Part shown: positions 54,545-63,514 of the stretch, in pieces | Layout: every line of letters starts with the position of its first letter | How positions within the stretch are numbered: position 1 is the first letter of the stretch | The notes under the pieces: model-generated | What the model was told of the DNA's origin: nothing | What the model saw: the letters and a program-made list of their open reading frames with translations, nothing else | Database searches by the model: none | Made by a program: the position numbers and the translations under genes | DNA from: a virus | Lineage: Duplodnaviria > Caudoviricetes | Length of the DNA stretch: 64,000 bases | IMG/VR virus record: IMGVR_UViG_2513237176_000002 | Strand: one strand, 5' to 3'

Positions 54545-55719
54545 GCGACCTCCCCAGCCTTGACCGCGTCAAGGAATCGGGTGAGCTCCAGCCCGTCGGC
54601 GACGGTAGACGGCTTGCCCAGGTGCGCGACGACATGCTGCTCAAGCTGCTCGGCGTTCCAGCCGTTCTCGCCGGCCACGCCCTGGATCTGCGCCCACACC
54701 TCGTCGGGGTCGGGGATCACCTCGGCGTCCACCACCTCGTCCACGGGCGGCTGCTCCGGTTCGGGCTGCGGTTTGGGCGGGGGAGTTGGCTCGGGTTTCG
54801 GCGCGAACTCGGCGGCCTTCGCGTTCAGCGCGGCCTTCACCTCGTCGGTGAGCGCCTCGTCGTCCTTGGCGTCTTTCCACAGTGCCCGCACCTGCTCAAC
54901 GTTCTTGGTGTCGTCGGCCATCGCGATGTACTCGTCCGCCGTGAACTTGCGTCGGGTCGACTCAACCTTGGCGGCTTCGATGGCGTGCCGCTGCGTCGCC
55001 GCCGCGCCGAGCGCTGCCCGCGCCGCCGCGCCGAGTTCACCGCCGAACGCCTGCGCCGGGGTCAGCCAGTCGAAGTGCAGCACCGGCACCATGAACACCT
55101 TCGACTCGACCTGCTCGCCGTCACCCTTCGACGGGTCGAAGTCCTTCTTCTCCCGCTTCTGAACCTCCAGCCGGGCCGGGATCGGCTGCGGCGCCGACTC
55201 GATCGACGCGGCCAAGGTGGGCAGCTCTGCGGCGGCGTTCCAGCCGTGGCTCTCAAGCTTCCAGGTGCCGAGCGACGGGATATCGGCGAGCATCAGCGCC
55301 ATCCGCGTCGTCGGCTTGCAGATGTCACGCGGGCCGAACGGACGGCCGGCGAGTTGCGCGGCGGCACAGTGGCACGGCTGCTGACGGATCTTCTCGACGT
55401 CGCCGTCACACATGCGGTCCCGGAACCCGTTACCCCAGTGCTCCAGGTTCGGATCGATGCGCTGCGGCGGCACCAGCACCGGGATCTCCTTCGCCCCGGT
55501 GATGACCTCCCACTGCACGCCGGTCGGGGAGTCCCACTTCTTCACCTCGCCGCCGTACGCGGCAGCCACCGCGTCGATGAGCGGCTTCGACGGGGACGTG
55601 AACCGCAACGTCTCCAGCTTGCTGGGGAACGGCTTGCCACTCTTCTTCGAGATGAGCTGCTGACCGAGCCGGATCACACCGACCTGGGTCAGACGGGCCT
55701 GAAGCTGCTTGATGGGCAT
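54541..55719 (-). CDS. Gp3-like recombination protein (recombination directionality factor family)
   Basis: G.IRLG...PSKL..RFTS...A..YGG; CDG; CKPTTR; GTWKLESHGWNAA.EL. Confidence 0.7.
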   Translation of the reverse strand: MPIKQLQARLTQVGVIRLGQQLISKKSGKPFPSKLETLRFTSPSKPLIDAVAAAYGGEVKKWDSPTGVQWEVITGAKEIPVLVPPQRIDPNLEHWGNGFRDRMCDGDVEKIRQQPCHCAAAQLAGRPFGPRDICKPTTRMALMLADIPSLGTWKLESHGWNAAAELPTLAASIESAPQPIPARLEVQKREKKDFDPSKGDGEQVESKVFMVPVLHFDWLTPAQAFGGELGAAARAALGAAATQRHAIEAAKVESTRRKFTADEYIAMADDTKNVEQVRALWKDAKDDEALTDEVKAALNAKAAEFAPKPEPTPPPKPQPEPEQPPVDEVVDAEVIPDPDEVWAQIQGVAGENGWNAEQLEQHVVAHLGKPSTVADGLELTRFLDAVKAGEVA

Positions 55720-55730
55720 GGGTGGTCTCC

Positions 55731-56795
55731 TCACGCTGCCGGGGGAGTGGACTGGGCGGTGGCCTGCTCTTTCGCGGCCTTGCGGGCGCGGGCGGCCAGC
55801 GTCTCCGGGAGGACGAAGGTGTGGCTGGACACGGAGGCAGGGCCTTCTTCGGTCAGCCAGCGGTACAGGTTCAGGGCGGGCAGGAACCCGCGCTCGTACA
55901 CGCCCTGGTCACACAGAACCGGGCGGAGCGCGTACCCGTCGGGACGAAGCTGGATGATGACGCCGCCGTCGACCGGGATCATCGGGGCTTCCTCATCCGA
56001 GTTCTTGACCCGGATCGTCGGGAAGTGCCGGTACCCGGACAGCTGTAGCGCGTTCTCTGGGTAGAACTTCGGCTTGTCGTCCTCACGCGTCTTGTAGTCG
56101 TCGATCAGGTCGACGGTCAGCTTCCGTTTCGCCGCCTGCTTCCACGACACCGGCTCACCGCGTTTGGTGAGGATCCGCGACACCAGCTTCGCCGCCGCTT
56201 CGGTGCGTTCGGCGTGGTAGCGGGTGACGCCGTCGGTCTGCCCGGCCGCACCGATGTCCCGGTGGATGAGCAGTGCTTCGGCAAGGAGGACATCGTCGGG
56301 GGTGAGCCCGTAGTCCTCGGTGTATTCGACGAACGACTTCACGTACGGGGCGATGTCGGTGTCGTGGTCGCGGATGACGCCGTGGAACGACCACCACTCG
56401 GCGACGTCGTGGACTCGGGTGCCCTCATCGGCGCGTCGCGCGGATTCCCTTTCGTGCCGGTCGGCGAGCCACTTCTGTACGCACAGCCGGCACACCCGGC
56501 ACGGGCACTTCTCGCACGACTCGTTGCCGTCGTGGTGGCAGCGGGACCAGGTGTTGTCGCACAGCGGGCGCCGTGACGCGGACACCAGCATCGGCAGGTC
56601 CGCGAATGCCTGCTCGGCGGTGAGGCCGGCGGCCCACGGGATCAGGCCGCGTTTCGCGATGGCGTTGAACGCGGTGGTGACGGACATGAGCCGCTGGCCG
56701 TCGATGATGTACCAGCGGCCGTCGTCGGACTCCTCGACGGAGTGGAACGGCAGGTCCCGGCGGAAGATCTCGGCGGCAGCCTCACTGATCGGCAC
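55731..56795 (-). CDS. PD-(D/E)XK exonuclease (Cas4/RecB-like)
   Basis: SVTT, GTRVH, AGQTD, DYKT and LQLSGY. Confidence 0.85.
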   Translation of the reverse strand: MPISEAAAEIFRRDLPFHSVEESDDGRWYIIDGQRLMSVTTAFNAIAKRGLIPWAAGLTAEQAFADLPMLVSASRRPLCDNTWSRCHHDGNESCEKCPCRVCRLCVQKWLADRHERESARRADEGTRVHDVAEWWSFHGVIRDHDTDIAPYVKSFVEYTEDYGLTPDDVLLAEALLIHRDIGAAGQTDGVTRYHAERTEAAAKLVSRILTKRGEPVSWKQAAKRKLTVDLIDDYKTREDDKPKFYPENALQLSGYRHFPTIRVKNSDEEAPMIPVDGGVIIQLRPDGYALRPVLCDQGVYERGFLPALNLYRWLTEEGPASVSSHTFVLPETLAARARKAAKEQATAQSTPPAA

Positions 56796-57057
56796 GGCTC
56801 GCCTCCCGCAGCTCGCGGGCGAACCTCACCATTGCGTCGTGGTCGGCGGTGTCTCCGCAGTAGTCGGAACGCTTGCCGAGCTGTTTGCTGAAGTCGGCCA
56901 TCACCGCGCGGAGCCGTTCGATCTCCTGGACGAGTTCGAGCATCACGGGCCGGTAGTCGCGTTCCGTGCAGACACAGGCGCTCGGTACGCCGAGGTCGCA
57001 GGAGCAGCACACCGTCAGGAACTCGGCGCTGATCGCGTTCAGGTCGAGGCTCACCAC
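56782..57057 (-). CDS. Hypothetical protein
   Basis: C.SCD.G...C.C motif; coupled. Confidence 0.55.
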   Translation of the reverse strand: MVSLDLNAISAEFLTVCCSCDLGVPSACVCTERDYRPVMLELVQEIERLRAVMADFSKQLGKRSDYCGDTADHDAMVRFARELREASRADQ

Positions 57058-57362
57058 GAACCGCCCTCCTTGCCGTCGACCGGCTGGAACAGCTCCCGGA
57101 ACTGGGCGTCCGGGTAGGTGCGGAAGTCGCCGGCGGGGGTCCGGTAGATCCAGTCACCCCAGCTGGCCTTGTTCCGGCCGGTCGGCTCGAACACCGTCAG
57201 ACCGGTGATCGGCATCGGCTCGCCGTCAGCGGGCGCGGGGCTGAAGAACGGCTTCGAGTCCGCCCACTCGAACACGACGGGCCAGTTGTCCTCAGTGAGC
57301 CGGACTGCGGGGACGGTGAGGAAGCCGCGCTTGAACAGCTGGATGTGCTCGTTGATGGTCAT
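57051..57362 (-). CDS. Hypothetical phage protein
   Basis: V.AVR.T..N...GDWI.R...G.F......F. Confidence 0.7.
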   Translation of the reverse strand: MTINEHIQLFKRGFLTVPAVRLTEDNWPVVFEWADSKPFFSPAPADGEPMPITGLTVFEPTGRNKASWGDWIYRTPAGDFRTYPDAQFRELFQPVDGKEGGSW

Positions 57363-58096
57363 GCGGCTTCACCGCCCCGGCGCGCGTCCTGAGCAGCCGA
57401 GAACCGCTCCAGGTCGCACAGGTCGCAGCCGGCGGTCACACCGGGCTGGGCACCACATTCCAGGCAGCGCCCGGACTCGGCCCGCGCCACCTGCTCGGCG
57501 ACCTGCTCATCCGTCAACCGTTTGATGATCAGACGGTGCTGGTGGTACACCTGCCAGCCGAACTCGGTCAGCTTCATCGACCGGCTGTAGCCGTGATCGG
57601 CCGTCTCGACGAACTCGACGATGCCTTTCGCTTCGAGCGCGTTCACGGTCTGCCTGTGCGCGGCATCGCCGTGGAAATGGGCGGTCGACACCGAGCCGTA
57701 GCCGCCCGACAGCACATACCGTTCGATCTCCTCGGCCTGCGCTTCCGACAGGCGGACGCCCTTCGGCGTGACCGGCTTCGCGGCCGGGACCGGGGCGGCG
57801 GCAGCCTCGAACCGGCTCCAATCGGCGGCGGCCCGCGCCTCGTAGGTGGCCCGCAGCCCCGACTTGACGAGGCGGCCGGCCTCAGCGGCGAACGTCTCAG
57901 GCCAGTCCTTCACCCGGTCGGTGCGGGCCTTGTGCGTGGGCACGTATGCGAAGTTGCCGCCGCCCGTTGACTGGCATTCGTGGCCGGGCCGGGTCTGGCA
58001 CTTCGGGCACGTCACGGCGAGCGGGGCACGCAGGACGTCGATCAGGTCGACGGTGTTTGCGGTGGTCAGGGTGGCCTGAATGGTGCTGGAAGTCAT
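57359..58096 (-). CDS. Zn-finger plus winged-helix protein
   Basis: CPKC...PG..C...H.AR; TVNALEAKGIV...LTEFG; RBS AAGGAG. Confidence 0.7.
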   Translation of the reverse strand: MTSSTIQATLTTANTVDLIDVLRAPLAVTCPKCQTRPGHECQSTGGGNFAYVPTHKARTDRVKDWPETFAAEAGRLVKSGLRATYEARAAADWSRFEAAAAPVPAAKPVTPKGVRLSEAQAEEIERYVLSGGYGSVSTAHFHGDAAHRQTVNALEAKGIVEFVETADHGYSRSMKLTEFGWQVYHQHRLIIKRLTDEQVAEQVARAESGRCLECGAQPGVTAGCDLCDLERFSAAQDARRGGEAA

Positions 58097-58147
58097 GCAG
58101 AAACTCCTTCAACGGCGAGAGCCGGAAGCTTGCACCAAGTGTACCTC

Positions 58148-58257
58148 AGTTCGTGATGTAGCATCACGCTATGAGTTCACGTAGTCAAGTCGCGCCCCAA
58201 AAGAGATGTGTGGTCACGAACGCCAGCCGTGATCCAGGACATGCGACAATCCGGCCT
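58148..58257. promoter_or_regulatory. Divergent promoter region with CGTGA...TCACG sites
   Basis: CGTGATGTAGCATCACG at 58152-58168, further TCACG/CGTGA half-sites, TTGACT on the minus strand, GACAAT before a leaderless ATG. Confidence 0.5.
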
Positions 58258-58533
58258 ATGCCGCGCCGCGCCAGGGCTTACAAAGAGACGCCCACCAGCC
58301 AGAAGCTCGACGAAGTCGTCAACCGGTACGACAAAGTTGAGAAGCAACTCGCTGCCCTGAGCGTCGAGCTGAAGACCGTGGTCGTCGAACTCGGCCGCGA
58401 AGTGCTGTCCAAAAGCACCAACCTGACGATGGCTGAGATCGGCAGGCGCGTCGGATGGACGCGGGAGTACGTCAGTCGAGTGGTCAGCGAAGCGAATGAA
58501 CGCGATGGCTGGGTACCGCCCACCGAAAGCTGA
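58258..58533 (+). CDS. Small HTH repressor
   Basis: TMAEIGRRVGWTREYVSRV. Confidence 0.75.
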   Translation: MPRRARAYKETPTSQKLDEVVNRYDKVEKQLAALSVELKTVVVELGREVLSKSTNLTMAEIGRRVGWTREYVSRVVSEANERDGWVPPTES

Positions 58534-58535
58534 CT

Positions 58536-58832
58536 TCACGACGCCTGCCGCCACGACCACGGCATCTCCACCTCACGCCGCGTCCGGCAGGCCACGTGCT
58601 GGCAGCCCGACATGCGCACACACGAGCGGCAGTGCGGCAGCTTTGCCATCTCAGCTGCCTGAGCCTGCGAAGCGCCCAGCCATTCCCACGGAGCCCACGG
58701 CCGGTGACCGCACGCCGCGACCGCCGAACCCGGCGTCAGCAGATGCCGGCGCTCACCCTCCGGCAGGAACCGCCACACAGGTTCCGCGGTGAGCACGGCC
58801 AGCATCGCCGCCACCTCGGCGTGCGCGGTCAC
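58536..58832 (-). CDS. Hypothetical protein
   Basis: H...ACG...W.G...CRSC. Confidence 0.55.
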   Translation of the reverse strand: MTAHAEVAAMLAVLTAEPVWRFLPEGERRHLLTPGSAVAACGHRPWAPWEWLGASQAQAAEMAKLPHCRSCVRMSGCQHVACRTRREVEMPWSWRQAS

Positions 58833-59062
58833 CGGTCCTCACCGTCCCGCTGCGTCTCGATGAACTCGGCCCAGAACGGATCCACCGGCTGACGCTGAGC
58901 GGGCACCAGACTGGGCACGTGCCGGGCCGTCTCGTCCTCCCACGCGGTCAACACGGCCAGACGCGCCTCCCACGTGCGCCGCCAATGCCGGATCATCAGC
59001 CACACCGCAGCCACCACGATCAGGGCGACAACACCGGCGCCGAACAGCTGCCAGTCACTCAC
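58829..59062 (-). CDS. Small membrane protein
   Basis: One TM helix. Confidence 0.55.
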   Translation of the reverse strand: MSDWQLFGAGVVALIVVAAVWLMIRHWRRTWEARLAVLTAWEDETARHVPSLVPAQRQPVDPFWAEFIETQRDGEDR

Positions 59063-59591
59063 CGGGATCACCGCGCTTGATCTCCTGCGTGGTCGCCGCA
59101 TCCCAGCGGGCCTGACGGGCGGCCTGCGCCTTCAGGAACTGCTCGGTGCTGTCGACAAGCTGCCGACCAAGCTCGGACTGCCGCTGCTCAGTGATCCACT
59201 CGGCGTTCGCCTCGTTCGCACGCCGAGAAGCCTCGTCGAAGTAGTCGCCGCGGTTAGCGTTCTTGGTAGGCCAGCGGCTATCGCGCCGCTCGTTCACCGG
59301 ACGCGCCGGCCGCAGCAGCACGTCCGGGCCGTCCTGCACCACCACACTGCCAGTGGGGTGCTCCTCGGCCACCGCATCGGCGATCGCGGCCAGGTCGGCG
59401 TCGTCGTCGGCGGGCACCACCTCATCGTCGCGCATCCAGGACAGCGCCCACGCGATTACGGCGAACAGCGCCAGCCAGCCCAGCATCGAGCCGACCGCCA
59501 GGAGCAGGTCACCCCACTCATGCCGGGCCAGGCTGATCAGATCAGCGGTCGTCATCGTCTCCGGGGCATCCCAGAACACGGCCGCGCTCAC
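59055..59591 (-). CDS. Membrane-anchored protein
   Basis: One TM helix and a charged tail. Confidence 0.6.
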   Translation of the reverse strand: MSAAVFWDAPETMTTADLISLARHEWGDLLLAVGSMLGWLALFAVIAWALSWMRDDEVVPADDDADLAAIADAVAEEHPTGSVVVQDGPDVLLRPARPVNERRDSRWPTKNANRGDYFDEASRRANEANAEWITEQRQSELGRQLVDSTEQFLKAQAARQARWDAATTQEIKRGDPGE

Positions 59592-59752
59592 CGTGGACCC
59601 ACCATGACCACGCGGGCTGGGGTCCACGGCAGCACGATCCGCCGCGTCTCGGTGTGGAAGTCGGCGAGCGTGTGCGCCCGCAGATCAGCGGTGTCCTCAC
59701 CGTGCAGGCGGTGCCGGCCGATGTACGGCCGATCCTCGATCTCAGAAGGCAT
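59588..59752 (-). CDS. Hypothetical protein (54 aa)
   Basis: RBS GAGGAG; YIGRHR motif. Confidence 0.5.
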   Translation of the reverse strand: MPSEIEDRPYIGRHRLHGEDTADLRAHTLADFHTETRRIVLPWTPARVVMVGPR

Positions 59753-59819
59753 TGCAGCTCCTCAGGTAGGGAGCGGATAAGGACGCGGGGAGTGGGGGAG
59801 GGGAGACCGGCAGTGGCGG

Positions 59820-60071
59820 TCAGTGCGTGATGTGGAAGACCGGGCGGTCGAGCGGCTTCGGCTCACGTGCGGCCTTGCGATCCGGAGATCGGCGGCGCTT
59901 CCTGTCCGGCACCGTTGCGGGATTCCGGCCAGCAGGAACCGGCTGATACCAGCCATGCGTAAGCTCGGCCTGCCGTTGGCCCGCCAGCAACCCGCGGCGG
60001 TACGCCCAGCGGGTACGGATCAGGAACGACAGCAGCAGCCCAGCCCACAGGGCCAGCAGCACGGCGATCAC
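59820..60071 (-). CDS. Small membrane protein
   Basis: N-terminal TM helix. Confidence 0.5.
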   Translation of the reverse strand: MIAVLLALWAGLLLSFLIRTRWAYRRGLLAGQRQAELTHGWYQPVPAGRNPATVPDRKRRRSPDRKAAREPKPLDRPVFHITH

Positions 60072-60198
60072 CGGTCGGCCCTCGCCGCCCGCATCTCACG
60101 CAGCTCGTCCAGCCACGCCGACATCACCGGCGCCGGGTACGGCTGCACATCACGGTCGGCCTTACGGATCCGGCGGGCACGACGCCACGCGCGCAGAT

Positions 60199-61551
60199 TC
60201 ATGCGGCCACCTGCACTTCGGCCGTCAGCTCACGAACAGCGGCCCGGAACGTCGGCAGCAGCTGCAGGGCGTACGCGCACTGCCGGGGGTTCACGCCGTT
60301 ACCGGCCAGCTTCAGGGCGTCCTTGCGCTCAACGACATCCGTGAGCCAGCCAGGCGGCAAGCCTTGCATGAACTCCGGGAATGCGGGGGAGAGGCGCGGC
60401 TTGCCGTTCCGGCCGGGCTCCGTCGGATCAGGGGCCGACAAGCCGTAGGCGAGCTCGTGCCGGCGGACCGCTGCGGCGTACTTCCCGAAGCGTTCCGGCT
60501 GCACCGCCGCCGGAAGCATCACGTCACCGGACGAGCCGCGCTGGTTCGGGCCACCCTTCTCGCCGTCGGATGCGCGAGGGGTCGGCAGCATCGGTGCCAG
60601 GGCATCGAGTGAGGGTCGTATCGCCGCACCCTGCGAGGGGGACTGGTTGTTGCCGTACGGGGTGGCGGTTGGCGTGGGCAGCATGGCGACGGCGGTCCTG
60701 ATCTCAGGACCGCCGTCGCCATGCTGCCCGGCCCCGTTCGTGTCCGACACCCGCGGTGTCGGAAGCAGGTTCAACAGCACCTCCGACAGCGGCGGACGCC
60801 ACCCCTCCGAAGCGCGCCGGCCAGGCGTGCCCGTGTCGGAAGCCTTCGGCGTCGGCAGGATGTGGTCGTTAGCGCCGCACGTATCGGCGGGCATCTCCCA
60901 TGCCGTGCCGCCCTGCGTGAACCCGGCAGCGGGCCAGCGCAGCGCCTCGAAATCACCGAACAGCACGTCCTGCGCGGGAGCCCAGCCACCCGACAGCGCA
61001 CCGGGACGGCGGTGCGCGACCGGGTCCGACATCGGCCGGCGCGCCTCGGCCAGGGTGGCGGCGATGAAAACCCTGTGCCGATGGTGACACGCACCCACCT
61101 TGCAGGCACCCACCGTCGTCCACGACACCGTGTAGCCCAGCTTGTCCAGGTCGGCGAGGATGGACCCGAACACCTGGCCCTGCTCGATCGTCAGCAGGCC
61201 CTGCACGTTCTCGAAGACAGCCAGCGGCGGCATTAGGTCCCTGACAGCGGGCAGCACGCCGGTCGGCCACAAATGCCGCTCGTCCTCCGAGCCACGACGT
61301 CGGCCGGCGTGACTGAAGCCTTGACAGGGGAAGCCCGAGGTGAAGATGTCCACCGGCTCGGCTGTCGCCCAGTCGTACGCGGTGATGTCGCCGTGGTTCG
61401 GCACATCTGGGTAGTGGTGGGCGAGCACCTTCGATGCACCAGGATCGACCTCGGCGTACCAGGCGTGCTCAACCGGCAGCAGCTCCGACAGGGCCAGGAA
61501 TATGCCGGCGTAACCCTCGCATTGGCCACCGATTTTCAGCGGGGCCATCAT
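60199..61551 (-). CDS. C5 cytosine DNA methyltransferase
   Basis: SGFPCQGFS, ENV, HRHRVF, RLSP and AGNGV; four LPTP repeats in the variable region. Confidence 0.9.
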   Translation of the reverse strand: MMAPLKIGGQCEGYAGIFLALSELLPVEHAWYAEVDPGASKVLAHHYPDVPNHGDITAYDWATAEPVDIFTSGFPCQGFSHAGRRRGSEDERHLWPTGVLPAVRDLMPPLAVFENVQGLLTIEQGQVFGSILADLDKLGYTVSWTTVGACKVGACHHRHRVFIAATLAEARRPMSDPVAHRRPGALSGGWAPAQDVLFGDFEALRWPAAGFTQGGTAWEMPADTCGANDHILPTPKASDTGTPGRRASEGWRPPLSEVLLNLLPTPRVSDTNGAGQHGDGGPEIRTAVAMLPTPTATPYGNNQSPSQGAAIRPSLDALAPMLPTPRASDGEKGGPNQRGSSGDVMLPAAVQPERFGKYAAAVRRHELAYGLSAPDPTEPGRNGKPRLSPAFPEFMQGLPPGWLTDVVERKDALKLAGNGVNPRQCAYALQLLPTFRAAVRELTAEVQVAA

Positions 61552-61763
61552 GCGACCGCTTGACCGTTGGCGAGGACCCACCGGGGACGCTTCAGCGCGA
61601 TCTCACGCCATCCGGTTTCGGAGCCCGCCCAGTCCCGGTAGCAGTCGAGCGTGCCGGGGCAGGCCGGGTCGGAGCAGTACGCGCAGCCGGGCGCGGCGAG
61701 TGTGCCAGTATTGCCGGGTTTACTGCCCGCAACCACTGGCGGGCGGATAGTATCGACAGTCAT
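61548..61763 (-). CDS. Hypothetical Cys-rich protein
   Basis: Coupled to the methyltransferase. Confidence 0.5.
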   Translation of the reverse strand: MTVDTIRPPVVAGSKPGNTGTLAAPGCAYCSDPACPGTLDCYRDWAGSETGWREIALKRPRWVLANGQAVA

Positions 61764-61832
61764 AACGCCTCATCTCGGAGTGAGGTGCAGAAAGCGGACG
61801 GCTCCCAGGGCATTGGGGGCCGTTTTCGTGTC

Positions 61833-62036
61833 TCAGGAACTGGTGAGCGCCGGGCTCGTCGCGACGACCACGACCGGGGTAGGCGCGAACGCCTCCACCT
61901 CGACCCGCTCCACCGGAATGCCACGGCGATCCGCCTCCGCCAGGGCGGCGAACACGTCGTCGAATGTGTGCTCGATACCGCGCCACACGAACAGCGCCTG
62001 ACCGCCAGGCAGTGGGGTGATCGTGGCCGGGCTCAT
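61833..62036 (-). CDS. Hypothetical protein
   Basis: ATGA overlap with the upstream gene. Confidence 0.5.
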   Translation of the reverse strand: MSPATITPLPGGQALFVWRGIEHTFDDVFAALAEADRRGIPVERVEVEAFAPTPVVVVATSPALTSS

Positions 62037-62734
62037 GGGGTCACCCCTGTGAGGTCGGCCTCGGCGAGGTAGCCGAGCGCGATCACGGCCTCCAGCAGGG
62101 GAATGCCGAGGTACAGGCACAGGACGCGGACCTGCTCACTGCCGGGGTTATCGGTTTTCCCGTTCTCCCAGCGCGTCAACGACGCCCGCGACACCCCGGT
62201 TGCCTGTGCAACTTGATCCTGCGACAGGCCTCTGGCGGTTCTGGCATCGGCGATGAGCCGACCGAATTGGCTGGGCGAGCCGGTTGGTCGCGAAGCTGGC
62301 AGGGCGGGTTCCTCGTGGCGCACCACCTGATATCCCGCGGTTCGCCGGCGAAGACCGTTCGCGCGGAGACTGTTAACAAACGGGCCGGTGCCTTCACCGA
62401 GTTCAAGTTCACCGCAGAGCTCGACGAGCTTTGCAAAGTCGACGCCCTCGAAATATTCGTGCGTCTTCTTCATTGCCCGGCCAGTAGGCGACAGGGCCTG
62501 AGCGAGGGCAATCACCGCACGTTCGGTGAACTGGTAGCCGGAGTGCGCTGGCGACAGCCACCAGTCGGTGAGGGCGACGCCGAACCGGGAGCTGTTGTAG
62601 ACGTGCACGGTAAGGCGGGTCTTCGGCGACGTCGTCATCCCGACCTTGATCGTGCTGTTGGAGAAGGCGAGGACGTACACGTAGCCGGTGCCGTCCGTGA
62701 GAGTTGGAGGGCAGTCCTGCGGCGAGAACATCAT
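62033..62734 (-). CDS. T5orf172/GIY-YIG-like domain fused to an XRE HTH
   Basis: GYVYVL...IKVGMT..P..RL..H...EYF; LSQDQVAQATGVSRASLTRWENG. Confidence 0.75.
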   Translation of the reverse strand: MMFSPQDCPPTLTDGTGYVYVLAFSNSTIKVGMTTSPKTRLTVHVYNSSRFGVALTDWWLSPAHSGYQFTERAVIALAQALSPTGRAMKKTHEYFEGVDFAKLVELCGELELGEGTGPFVNSLRANGLRRRTAGYQVVRHEEPALPASRPTGSPSQFGRLIADARTARGLSQDQVAQATGVSRASLTRWENGKTDNPGSEQVRVLCLYLGIPLLEAVIALGYLAEADLTGVTP

Positions 62735-63090
62735 GCCGCGGCCTTCTTCGTGCCGCGCCGGCTTTGAGCCTTCGCGGAGGACTCGCGGGCGGCGGCCATC
62801 TCATCGACCTCGGGCGTGACGGCCGGGCTGCCGAGTTCGCCGCCGCGGCTGTACTGGGTGAGGAACTTGGAGACCTGCAGCGGGGTCATGCACCGGGCCG
62901 TGCCGTAGTTGACGTGCTCCACCTTGTCGGCCCGGCAGTCCCGCAGCAGGCTGATGGAGGAGACTCCGCAGCGCTCGGCGACCTTGTCGATGGGGGTGGC
63001 CCCGTCGGGGGTGGCTCCGCTGATGCGCAGGTTGGACAGCATGAGGGCGTAGAAGTCGGTGACCTCGTCGAACGTCCAGGTCTCTTTCAT
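62731..63090 (-). CDS. Excisionase-like HTH protein
   Basis: IDKVAERCGVS...CRADKVEHV..G; follows cro. Confidence 0.55.
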   Translation of the reverse strand: MKETWTFDEVTDFYALMLSNLRISGATPDGATPIDKVAERCGVSSISLLRDCRADKVEHVNYGTARCMTPLQVSKFLTQYSRGGELGSPAVTPEVDEMAAARESSAKAQSRRGTKKAAA

Positions 63091-63323
63091 GCGGCGACCT
63101 TCGACACGGTGTTCCGGGGTGCCTGGAAGGTGATGCGGGTGAGCGGAACGTTGAGGACGCGGGCCATAGCGAGCCGCGTGGCAGGGGACCCGTTCGCGAG
63201 GCCGTTCTCGATGCGCGATACGTAGCCGCGGTCTTTACCGACGCGTTCGGCGAACTGGGTCAGGTTGAGGCCCTGCTCCTCACGGAGGCGGCGGATGGTG
63301 TCGCCGTCGGAGTAAGTAGGCAT
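63087..63323 (-). CDS. Cro-like XRE regulator
   Basis: IRRLREEQGLNLTQFAERVG....VSRIENG. Confidence 0.85.
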   Translation of the reverse strand: MPTYSDGDTIRRLREEQGLNLTQFAERVGKDRGYVSRIENGLANGSPATRLAMARVLNVPLTRITFQAPRNTVSKVAA

Positions 63324-63514
63324 GTCGGCAACAGTAGGCGCGGATTGGCAAGTTTTCAAGCACTGTTCGGCATCTTCGTGCCTAAGTTGCCGAAGTTCGC
63401 CCCGCCGGACGTCGTTCATCGACTAACGTCGAGATGTCGCCGTTCTGTTGGGGGAGTGATGACATGACCAGGCCCTTGCTCGATGTTGCCGATCCGTGCC
63501 TGTTTAATGAGGGC
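63324..63514. promoter_or_regulatory. Lysis-lysogeny switch region
   Basis: Minus-strand TTGAAA-17 nt-TACTGT giving leaderless cro; repeated TCGGCAAC/GTTGCCGA-like sites; TTTAAT before the repressor ATG. Confidence 0.65.

Noticed and set aside
55731-56795. CRISPR-associated Cas4
   Set aside because: Sits in a phage recombination module with no array or other cas genes.
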